64,000 nucleotides of DNA from Ascidiella aspersa (Eukaryota): contig OZ004607.1 of assembly GCA_963924565.1 (NCBI GenBank), forward strand, positions 31,186,001 to 31,250,000, written 5' to 3'. The position numbers were made by a program, and so were the translations under genes. Positions 12,201 to 23,753 of this stretch are shown here, one piece after another (positions within the stretch are counted from its first letter, which is position 1; each line of letters opens with the position of its first letter). Below the pieces are notes generated by a model. It was not told where the DNA came from, did not search any database, and saw only the letters and a list, made by a program, of their open reading frames with translations.

Positions 12201-14366
12201 TCGGACGCGTGTCTATCCCTTGCCCCCACCCCCAGGGCCACTGGACAGCTTATGAGCGGACGGAAGTGGCCAATTCGGCCTTCCCTGAACCGCGACGACA
12301 TAACACGGGGTCTGTGTCGAGTGACACGATCGCTGGTGTGTCCGCAAAAGCCAAACGGCTGTGTTGATGTTTACGCGTCCCCCTTAAAGGTCTGGCGACA
12401 TTAATAGTGTCCTCGGACATTCCTTGGTTTATTAAAACGCCAGGTTGTGTCCCGATGCGACAACTTGTTTTGGTGGGCGACTGGACGTTTCCGAATTTCG
12501 TATAGTCTCTACAGTTGTTGTCCAGCTTGAATACCATCATTTTTATAAGCTTTGGCATACGACTGCTCAACCAATCTTTCAATTTTAAAATGGTGTACAT
12601 GAAGAATTAACACACAATTTCGGTTAAGTTATGCGTATACTTGGAATGTACGATATAATTAGATGGTATATAGTTTATAACCGATGCCATTCAAAGTGAG
12701 TATCAGTACAGGCACTGAATGCAATAGGTGTGCTATTTTCGTTGTTTCTATAACACATCAATTTGTGTATTTCAGCCATAATTTGCAAACAAAACAAAAC
12801 GTTTTAACCTTGAAACAGAATGTCCTTAGAAAATAGATTCCCGTTGAAAGCAACTCAGCCTTTTAACGTGAAAGCAGTTTTTGACCTGACAACCTAAAAG
12901 CACTACATTCGCTCGTTTTATTACAGCATATTAGCCATCTTTTTCATTGATGGTCTTAGTAGATATAAGATCTGACGGCCGTATTTTTCGCCCAATTATT
13001 CGAGGTGTTAGTATTCTAATAAAGTCCTATAGGACATCCCTATAATAAGTACACTGGTTAACCTTTTTTCTCACATAGATCAAAAATCTGCTTGCTCGAT
13101 CATTACCCCGACATACATATTTTGTAACGCCACCATTCATTTGACCCTATTACCGGCCGTGACCTTTCTCACCCAGACTGGGCAGGTGTCGTTCAGCACG
13201 GGTCACCAATCCTGCCGGCCTGCGTCACTAACTGCTTCGGTATGTCACATTCACACCCCACAGAATTAACTTAAGTTAAGGGACCGGGAATGTTCGCTAA
13301 ATTCCGTTTTAGACCAGGAATGCCCGAACATCCACATTCTGTGCCACGATTTTCAGACTCTTTTTCGAATGGCACATTTCCATCGCAGGAAACCCCTTCG
13401 GTTAAAGCGATTTATTCCATATTAGCCCAAATTGTATTGATAAACTGAAAACATAGACGAATTGTTAGAAGAAACATTACTTTACTCAGTCTGCTACTTT
13501 TTTGTAAGTATAATTGTTTGTTCTTTAATGAAATGTTGTGATTACAAATGTAATGGCGTATTTAAACTACGTTCGCTTACTCAAACTTACGCAACGTTAC
13601 GTCACACGATCTGTGGTGCCTTTAATGACGTCATGGTGACGCAACAAAGGGGATTAACAAGGAAATACGGGCGATTGTCTCCTGTCGTTTAGGCTTGATC
13701 CAGTCAAGCGATTACCCAAATTATCGCTCTCATTAGAAAGGGTCAGAGAGGCCTTTGACCTGGAGTTGTGATTTTTGCACGTTACAAGTTGCCCACCAAG
13801 TTATTGGGCATAAATCGAGCGTGTTTTACGCTGAAGTGTTAGTTATGAGTAATAAACGATTGAATTCTCTAAAACAGAGTCTTCCAAAGTTTTCTTTAAG
13901 GTTTTGTCGATAGATTAGGACCAAATGGGGATATTATACAACGCTTAAGAAATACTTATGAAAACTGGGGTTCCATTTGTATCAATTTTTAATTTAGGTT
14001 ATATCTGTTATTATATAAGTTCGTGTGTCCATGTATTATTTAAAAGTTTTTTTATTGGCCTAATGTAGAGATATCTCGCATGCTGCTCGCTTACTGGATC
14101 ATTTCAACCACATAAAAAACAAAAGGGACATTGACCTAAAATGCTTTATGATGACATTGACAGTCAACTAATTTTTTATCTTAAAATATGATTGTACTAA
14201 AACATGGGCCACCTAAAAACCAGGCCCCTTTGCAATCTAATTCGTACTTATATATAGAATATAGGCCATGAAACTCATTTCTCACTTGATTAGGTTAGTT
14301 GTTTAAATACGTCTTTCTTGACTTAAAACTTTTTATACTTAAATCTATTCCCGCGTGACGATTCAA

Positions 14367-14510
14367 TTGTAATAGTATTAACAATTAAAAACAGCTCCTC
14401 TGGTAATTGTAATTGGGTTCACAATGAAGAAGGCGATTTGAATAGGTTGCCGAAACGTTGACTAACAAATGCAATTACCAGAGGAGCTGTTGTTGATCAT
14501 TATTACTATG
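14367..14510. repeat. Fold-back element with a hammerhead-like core (Penelope-like element relic?)
   Basis: Perfect 20-bp IR AACAGCTCCTCTGGTAATTG (14390-14409) / CAATTACCAGAGGAGCTGTT (14472-14491), with imperfect extensions. It encloses ATGAAGAAGGCGATTTGAATAGGTTGCCGAAACGTTG. Confidence 0.6.
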
Positions 14511-14849
14511 TCTGGTAGCAATAGTTCATAGATTCAATTGTACGTTTATTTTTGACGTCACGTTGCGATCAACAAGTTTGTCAAATTTCTCCTTGTTACG
14601 TGAAGCTTGCGTCGGTGACAAACGTGAACAAACAAGAGTTTGTTGTTTTGTTTGTTTACCGCCGCCCCGGAGTCTGATCTGCTGATAACTTGCATAAAAA
14701 TATGCACCGCCTATATTGATTCGATAATCGATACGGGGACGTATATACCAACACTCGGAAGTCGCTGGGTTTTTCGCTCGGACGGTAACATCCGCCACTA
14801 TCTGACAGGTGAAACGAAAATGCGTCTTTTCCGCTTGTAAATTATTTAG

Positions 14850-15355
14850 TTTAAATATAAACGCCTGGAATTTAGTTTCGACAATAAAACAACGCTCTTT
14901 CCTATATAGAACCAAATTAATCAAAACTATGGATGAAAACTATCGATTAGTTGTTTTTGATACCAATTTTATATGTTGTTTTTTTATAACTAAATTTTAT
15001 AACTATAGCTATTAAGGTTTATAACTTCGTTTATACTAGAAGGGTAGTTTTAATGCATCTTCATACCAAATTGTGCAATTTTTCGTTTTATTTGCTATCG
15101 CAGCCTTTTTTTCGTTTTAGTGTAAACACCTAATATTTAATTTCGACAATATATATCGAACTAACTTAATAAAAAATACTAGAATAAAACCTATCGTTAA
15201 GTTGTTTTTGATACCAATTTTATATGTTGTTTTTTTATAACTAAATTTTATAACTATAGCTATAAAGGTTTATAACTTTGTTTATAGTAGAAGAGTGGTT
15301 TTAATGCATCTTCGTACCAAATTTGTGCAATGTTAGTTTTGTTTGCTAACGCCAT
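14850..15355 (+). repeat. Tandem duplication, about 250-260-bp period, 2 copies
   Basis: AGTTGTTTTTGATACCAATTTTATATGTTGTTTTTTTATAACTAAATTTTATAACTATAGCTAT occurs identically at about 14949 and 15200. Similarity continues about 90 bp on each side. Confidence 0.9.
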
Positions 15356-18300
15356 CTTCAGTGACCAAATTTGGCCTCAGATCTCGCTTTTTGAAACTAC
15401 GAAACGGGATAAATCGATCTAAATTTGCATGACGACCATAAAACTGCGGCGAAATTCAACCTGCGTGGTTCTCCCAGCGCCCCAATACCTCGCGTATAGA
15501 GATGTACGTGCCAGAATATCCCTTTCAAGCTATTGCGGTTTGCGGATCAGCGCTCGTGAACGCTAGAAACACCTGAAAAACGCCTCTTTGAGGTTTACAG
15601 GCTTTATGAGTGGCAACACCTCACCCTTGCGCGTTTTGCAGGGGACCACCCCTCAGAGGGCGATGATCGATAGGGCCGCGAAAACTTGGTCAATTTTTAG
15701 CGCTTCTAATTGAACGCTGACATAATGAAGATGAATAGAGCCTCCGTTACCTCGGCCCAAATACGCATCGCTGAAGCCGCCCGTGCAAAGGTCTTTGTTA
15801 TAAATGGTAACATTTCTTGTGCCTTGGTAATTCACTCAGCTTTCGCTATAGTTTGTTGTCTTTTTCTGGCGACAAATAAACGGTATTTTTAAACCCAGCA
15901 CTTTCTATTTTGGGTGTTGAACTAAACATAAAAATGTCCGCATGTCGCCAGTTTTTTAGCGAATTAATTGCTTGTTTTAATTTGTTCTTATAACAAGGCG
16001 TGATTTCGCTTTGCACAAAATTGTGTACGGCTTTGAAGTTTGTTGGATATGGGATTGTTCCTATGAAAAGCAGCCCCTATAAGCAATCCATAATTGTCAC
16101 GATTTTAAAGTAATTTAGAAGAAAAATACAAACAATGAAATATATTCATTCTCATGAAAAGTTTTGACTAAATAGGAGTGCAGAGCTAAGATCAATTTTA
16201 CGATGACATCACACTTTGTTCACAATTCATACCCCCAGCTATAAAGGCTGCTAGGCGAACCGACCCCTTAACCCGCAAAACGACAGCTACATATCAGCCT
16301 CCTTCGAAAATAAATTTTCGGCCTATGTCAATTCATATACAGTGACCAAACACAAACAAAAGCTGCAAACTCTAAATTACTAACAACGAAATTCGGCGAA
16401 CCCCAGGAGAATTTTGAAAATTGTACAAAACAAGTTCGCCATGCCACGCCAGCCATCAACAGAGACCCCTTGTCCCAAGCCGAATCTGCTTTGACGCGCG
16501 TTCCGGCGGTAAACAAGCCCAAACTCGAGCGCACCTGTGCCGAGCCGAAAGTGAAGCCTTTAAGTTGAACTGCGGCTGACGTTCGTCCGACGTTTCCACT
16601 TTGCATTGCAACGGCCTAAGCCCTTGTCTTACGCGCGCCTTGCGGGCTCGGTATATGAGCGTCGATAGTCGATTTATCTTGTTAGTTTAGCACACGCAAA
16701 TTTATGGTAAAGACGTTACATTTGTTGCACAGCTTATTTTTATCGTTCTGTATGTGTTATTTCCATTATTTTTAACTTATTTTATATTTTTATTCTTCAA
16801 GCACTGCTCTTTCACCAGTTTTTGTCGTTATCTTTTCACGTTTTTCATTGGCACATCGTTATGATTTGCTATGTTCTGCACTTCCACCGTTTTCTCATAG
16901 CCTGCACTTGTGGAAGAGAGGTGCTGGGACAGTCAGGTTGGAACGTTTACGTCGTTCTAGCTGCTAACCGCTTATTATTGTTATACCCTAACCCTTATTA
17001 TGATATTTATTTTTGTCCGAATGTGTTCTAATTAAATACAACAAGTGGAAGATGCCTCGTACATAGCGCTTAAGCATCCGATAGGCCGTAAAGTAGTGAG
17101 TCCAGTGTTTGGCATAGCACGTTGAGCTGCTACTCTTGCGGCATTTTGCTTTGTTTCACATTGATACTCTTTTCTGTTTTTCAGAGCCTGTCAAACGTTT
17201 TCTTAGTCTAAGGCCCGTTTTAATTTGTTACACGTTTTCCGACTCGTCCACAGTTAAGAAAGGAACATCACTTTTGTTTGCATCTGTACACATTCGTTGA
17301 TTAAGGACTAAGTTTTACATTGACTTTGAAATTAGCATATCGAAAGTCATAAATTTAAAATTAATATTGTTGTAGCAGTTATTTAAATAGATGTAACAAA
17401 CAGATATACCTCAAAACCCGTACAACTCGTTGCACACCAAGCAAACCCTTCTTAATTATTTTTATTCTTCTCACCTTTTCACCAATATCTGTCTTTTGAA
17501 TAAGCCTGAGTATTATTTCGTCGGGTGCAAATTTCGGTAAACTTGCGTGTGTGGTCCTACCAGCTCAATTGCTTTTCCTTGTTGACGCGATATGCGAGCC
17601 GCTAAGGGCCGCAATTACGACGTTCCTACCGCAGCCGATCATAGCCCGATGATATCCCATCACGGCCTGCGTTTGGCGGGCCAAGGCCGTACGCCGAGCA
17701 CCTGATCCCGAGACGGCGTTAGATCCGGCCTCGGATTTGCGAGATTAGGGCACCTGCTGAGAGGAGTTAACATGCCATTACCTTAACCGAACTGACCGCG
17801 CCTTCTCTTTGCGTTATACGAGAAACATCAGTGTGAAGGGAACTCCCGCTCCATTTCCCGGCGCTTTTGAATGAATTAAGGTCAACTTGCTGTTACGGCT
17901 CTTTCCGTCATCTCAGAAAACAACTCGGTAATTTACGTTTGCTGACTTTCCGAGACTAATTTGTGTGCAATTGTACGAAAAGAAACTCCCGTAGTAATCA
18001 ATTTTGTCAAATATAGTGGAATACAGGTAACATATCGGAAATTTACGTTGGTTAGTATTTCGTTTAAAGTTAAAGAGTATAGTTTCGCTCATTCAAAAAC
18101 TCAAAACGTTTTGGAAATATATGTTTGTTTACATGGGTCAAGCCTTATTGTTTTTGCGATTTTTGATAAATACATGATTTCTATAATGTAAATATTAACT
18201 TTACAGCCGACATAGAGTTTTGCAATTTGTATCCCTTTTAAAAGCTGTTTTTTGCTTTAGAATTTTTTATTCTTTTCTAAAATTCTGTTTTTTCAGGGCA

Positions 18301-18869
18301 GCTGTTTCTCGACCACATAAAATGCAATTTCAACTATTTCAGCGTAAAAAATGTGCATGTCGTGAAATAAGAAACGCTGAAATAACTCTGTTTAAACCTG
18401 TTGAACCGTCGGGTAGGGTTGCACGATCGGCAACAAAAGCAAAGCAAAGAGGGAGGATTCGAAGCGATTGCGATTCTTGAAAAGATAAGGGTGTTGACAC
18501 ACATATGGCCTGGCGCTGGACCGCTGAAACAATGCAAATCGCTTGCAGTTGGCGTGACAAGACAAAAACCAAAGTTTATTTTCGACTTGGACACGAGCAA
18601 TTCAACAGCGATGTGCTCGAAATGTAGAGTGACCGAAACCGATGTTGCTCTCCTGCTAGCAAATTATCCTGCTATAGAGCTGACAGCCGTGAGCGTCCGC
18701 AAATGCACCGGCTTCTACTCTATCGATATCGGGCGGTTGGGCGAATTTCGTAACTCAGAAACGTGGAGGTCTAAAACAGGGGGTTCCATTTCACTTCGAA
18801 TATTGGCTACAATTTTCTAGTGTTTTAAAACAATAATTGATCCAATTGTCATATCATAATTCATTTTTC

Positions 18870-19140
18870 TATCGCATTGAAAAACAATAGGAGTTTGAAT
18901 CACCACTGGAATAATGCTTTTATTCTCTTCATGGTTAAGTTTTCGATACAATATTTAAAATAGATGAAGGCTTCCTTTAATCTCATATATGTTGTTGCGT
19001 ACTCTGCAGTTTGTTTTCTTGTAACCACGGAACATTGATCGTTTTGTCATTTCACGATTAAAAAAACAAAAGTTTTTGACTTAATGATCCCACTGGAATT
19101 AATGGTTTACTCTTCAGGTTAAAGTTCTTGGTAAATAATT
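18870..19140 (+). repeat. Old, diverged direct repeat (about 80 bp, about 190 bp apart)
   Basis: CCACTGGAATAATGCTTTTATTCTCTTCATGGTTAAGTT (about 18903) versus CCACTGGAATTAATGGTTTACTCTTCAGGTTAAAGTT (about 19090). Confidence 0.55.
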
Positions 19141-20739
19141 TGCAAATGCTTATTCAACAGCTGTAATGTCGGTTGTTACATTACCATGGTGTTGGTTTAG
19201 GCGGTTTACTGAAATGATTGTTCACAAAAACTATTCTTCTTTTAAATGCGCCTAAATTAAATGCAATAAGCTTTGCTTGAACCACGTTAAGAATAAAAAA
19301 ATATTAGTCACCGATAGAATAAGTTCAAAATCAACAGTTGCAATCATTGGGATACTGGACCGCAAAAAATACAACGAAAAAGGGTAAATCGGTTTTGTTA
19401 TCTCCCTGGACATTTTATTTTGGCTTTTTCCACCTGAAAATTCCTCTGCGGTTCTCTTTGCTTAAACAGCTGGTTGTGTGCAAGCGAGAAATCGGCAGAG
19501 GCAAAGCAGCTGTGACTGGAAAGAAACGAGCTGATGGAGGCCCGCGTGCGCAGTCAGCAAAAGCCAGTGTGGTGCGGGTCATTAGCCGTGTCATGGCCGG
19601 CGCTTAAATACCTTATTGAATCGCATCATCGACGATAAGGGCTCGGTTTGGAGATTGCGCGGAATCCGAACTGCGGTGACGGCGCGCTATCGTCTCCGCA
19701 AGGTCACGCTCCAAGGTCATCACGTGGCATCGGCGAGCAGGTGCTCGCGGTCACGTGTCCGTCAGCGTCATCGGGATAAGAGAGATCTCCGTTTCGCGCA
19801 ACTTTGTCGGATTACCCTCTTATGTTTAGCAACTCACTGTTGAAACAGATGTGGCCTTGGTTCTAGAGGGTACTGAATGCTTGTCAGCTGCGCGCCGGAC
19901 GCTGCGGCTGTTGACGCCAAAGCAACATTGTTTTTATCATGATGAAGAACTTTCCGATACGATCGAGATTCTCGGATATCTCGGATTGTTACCATTAGTG
20001 CACCGGGTTCTTTGCCCAGATGGGCCATCTCGCTTGCGACGCGCAAAAGCGTTTTATCCGAGAAAAAAGTTACTGATAAAAGTGTAGCCAATTTAAATAG
20101 AGAGTTTTGATCTTTTTCGCCTTTTCGCAATTTGTTTCCTTATTTTGTCCAAATTAATGAACTTAACGCCATTTTGTAACACCATTTGATTTGATTTTGT
20201 TATTAAATGCAACTCAAGTACGATCAGCGATAACGTTGATTTTTGCAGGAATACCAACGTTGATTAAGGGTTGCAACAAAATTCATGATTGTGTTTTACC
20301 TTAAAAATCATCAAAAAATTCTCTCTTAATGAAGTTGTTATTCCTTCTTTTTATCGGCCTAAATAGAAAACAGTTGCTTACCGTATTTGATTAGAAAAAA
20401 TTTGTATTGTAATGCTTAAGTGTTACTCTAATCTAATGACTAAACCAGTTGTTTCTCATAAGGTGTTTAAGGATCCCGAACGATATAAGGTTAGTGTTGC
20501 AAAATTTAGAAGTCCGTAACCTTAGTAATGTTTTTATAGGAGGCCGGTAACTTAATGAATTAGGCAACCACAATTTGAACATCCAAGTCAGGGTTATACG
20601 AATCAAAGTATTTTTTGTCCCAACTTTCGCGTCAATCGATGGGGTGATGCAAAGACGAGCGAAGTATGATAAATATTTACCTCCTCTTGTCGAAATCATC
20701 CGGCAAAAATTCGTTCGTCCACTTTTTAGCAGTTTTTTT

Positions 20740-21290
20740 TGGGGGGAGGGTGGGGGGGGAGTCAAAACCCCTCACGAGCGAACGCGGTAAAATAACAGCG
20801 CCGAAACCCGACCCGAGGAATTAGTTCCATTACGGCCAATCGAAAACGCGAAAGCGCCGCCGAGCTTTGATGACGCGCCTGTGCGACGATTGGTCTCTGG
20901 GGGGTCGGGGGGTACTGCGGGGGTCCGGCGGGCGTATGGGAACCGCGGCCCGGAGCGGCGCATCAAGCGGCTGCTTGCCCGACTGGCCATTCAATCACCA
21001 GCCTACGCGGGACTGTTGTTTTTGTACAAATTACCTTCGAACGATGATGTCTCCGCGTTCGTTTCGCTCCGTTCGGCCCTAATTCGCCCCCCCCCTCCAC
21101 CCCCTGATTTACGCGAATGTTTGGGTGAGTTTTGTGACAGATTAGCGGATTACGCACGTCCCCGCGCCTGGTGCCATCGGATCCCGACAGGGGCCCGCGC
21201 CCTCCCCTGTTGGCAAACCGGAACGCGTGGCGTCCTCGTTAGCGTTCCAAATTAATACAAAGCAGATAAACGGAAAACAAACGCCGGCTT
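20740..21290. promoter_or_regulatory. Very GC/CpG-rich island with G-tracts and CCAAT boxes (candidate enhancer or orphan promoter)
   Basis: G/C runs at 20741-20760, 20898-20940 and 21087-21105, CCAAT at about 20836 and ATTGG at about 20889. No associated coding sequence. Confidence 0.4.
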
Positions 21291-21391
21291 GTTGTGAATT
21301 GTAAGATGCTTGCCGGTTGACTACACTTTCCTTGTTTCGACGAAAAGTCTTATCGGCCGTTTGATAAAACGTATTTTAAGTAGAAGTCTTA

Positions 21392-21595
21392 AGGTTGGTT
21401 TACACTAGACGCGTTTTGCTTCTGGCGTCAACGCCTGGCGCATGACGCTAGCGTCGTAACGCGTTGCCAGCGTTAACGGCAAATTTCCTCGCTTCTAACC
21501 AAAGCGTCAAAGTTTAAATATCTTAACATCCGCAACCAAAACCGTTTAAAATACGTTTTAACTTAACACCAGACGCGTCTAGTGTGAATCAACCT
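21392..21595. mobile_element. PIF/Harbinger-type MITE, 204 bp
   Basis: 23-bp TIR AGGTTGGTTTACACTAGACGCGT / ACGCGTCTAGTGTGAATCAACCT (2 mismatches), TTA on both sides (3-bp TWA TSD), and internal GACGC/AACGC motif repeats. Confidence 0.85.
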
Positions 21596-21764
21596 TTAGC
21601 ATTAGGTTTTAAGGTGTTCCCTTCGTTCGTGTTGCGTCCAAAAGATTACGCTGACTTGAAGAGGCAGCGATTTCAAATACACTTAATTATCATTATTTCG
21701 CGTGACTTTGCCACCTGAATAATATATATAGTATTCTAGTTATTTGTCTAAATAACTATAAATA

Positions 21765-21848
21765 CAGTTGTTTATACAAACTACTCAAGTCAAATCAAGT
21801 AATTTAAAAACTGTGACTAAGGTGCACTCAAGACATTATACAACGCTT
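21765..21848. mobile_element. About 80-bp internally deleted derivative of the AGTCAAG family
   Basis: Shares TCAAGTAATTTAAAAAC(A/T)GTGAC with 335-358 and ends CATTATACAACGCT, similar to CATTACAACACTG at 392-404. Confidence 0.5.
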
Positions 21849-23703
21849 TCAACTGTTAGGTTTTCTTGCTTTTAAATAAAAAAATATTTGGGCGCCTAAA
21901 CCACATTTAACAAGAAGCTAAATTGTAAATATTAAAGAGTCAGCAGGAGGCCTCTTAAAATCAATCAGATTTATCTTAGGACTATATGTAATAGAAACAG
22001 GTAAAAAGCGCAATGTTGATTAAGGTAAAAACATTAATGTATATTTCGGTTTACGAAACAGGCGTTGTCAGTTTCCTATTATTAGCATAGAATAAAACAG
22101 AAATACATATATAAGTCATAAAAAACAGGGATCAGGAAGGAATCCCTGTTTGTTTAGTGGTTCTTACTTTTTTATGTTACACTTTTTTAATAGTCTCATG
22201 AATAATTGGCAGAGATAAAGGCTTTCGAAGAAATGCATAGTTCTATCTCTTGGAGACATCCCCGTATGATGCTTTCGCCGATCTACAAACGATGAGCAAC
22301 TGTAACTTTTGCCAAGCACCAGCATTTTACACTGCATCGATCGCGCTGGGCATACACACCGCTTTGGAAACGGCTCTGGAATTCCTCAACGCTTTGCGCG
22401 CCAATCACTCACCGCACAGGCCCCGGGACCGTATATGTATTGACGGGTATACTGGCTGGACAATCCTGCTTCCCGAAAGGACAGCGAAAAACAACGCTTC
22501 GACGTTGGGCAAATCGCCAAATGGCTAAGCAAATAGTTGTTGTTTGCTGGCGCGTCACACACGCTTCTACGCATGACACCCGCGCCTTGTATTACAAGCG
22601 GCCCGCGCGTCAAATTCAAACAGCATTATCTATCAGACGGTATCTTCCTAAGTGGTCGTTTATAGCCGCGGCTACGTTTTAGACGATATTTGCCTTATCG
22701 TTATTTCTCACTCTGTGTGTTTGCGTTTGCTTTGGTGTTGGAACAGTTTTTGTTTCAAATTTTGCGCCCGAAAGGATGTCGCTGTAAACGTGAAGAATCT
22801 CACGCGACACTGTTAAATTTTCATTTGCGCCCCTTTTTGCCTATTCGGGGCAATTAAGACACATTCGTGTTGCACTTAACTACAAAACGATGTACGCAAA
22901 TGGCCCTTGTGTAAATTGCCAATCCCTATTGAGAAGTGCTTGTCACACATGGAAGTCTATTATCGCTATTACCATAAAAATGATAGTTTGTTCCGGCTCA
23001 TGAACATATTGTTGCACAACCTTATGGGGTTAAGTGCACAATAAGGAGTAGGTGTGTTTTTTTACACACCTTGTTAATACTCAAGCTGTGTCCAATCTAA
23101 TCGGAAGAAGTCTTTTGACATGCAGAGTTTGAAAGAAATAGACATGGCAAGTTTAATAGAAATTCTATTTTGTTCAACTTTGCTCGGTGGAGTCTTTTTC
23201 TAGTAAAGTCAAAGACAGCTTTAACATGACCGAAAAGGGTATTTTCCCTGTTAATGTGCCATATGAGCTTCTTTCTTGTGCTGTCTTTTTAGGTTGCTCA
23301 AAATAGCACAAAATAAAATGATTTTGAATCTGAGTATTGTAAATGTACTACGTACATAATACCGATACGGGACAATGTTCGATACCATGTGGCAAGGTTG
23401 GTATTCGTATCGACGTTTGAAATCGTGTTGCCGAACTTTTATAATTTTACCGGTAAAGGTAACACAACGTCAGCCAGATAAACAAAATATCAACACCTCA
23501 CGTCTAACATTAGAATAGCACCTCTCTGGCGAATGTGTTTTACTGCAACGTTTTAAGAGCCAGTGGAGCTATTTTGATGATGTTATGCCTGAGAACAACG
23601 GTTTATATATTTCACACGTAAATTTTGTCAAAAGCAAAGCTTGAATGTATCAATGCTTTTGGAAACTTTTGACCTTTTGCACAACAAAGTGTATATTGTA
23701 TTT

Positions 23704-23753
23704 AAAACAGGTTCCTCTGGCAATATATATATATTGCCAGAGGAACCTGTTTT
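23704..23753. repeat. Perfect 50-bp palindrome with an (AT)n centre
   Basis: AAAACAGGTTCCTCTGGCAATATATATATATTGCCAGAGGAACCTGTTTT is its own reverse complement. Confidence 0.95.
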
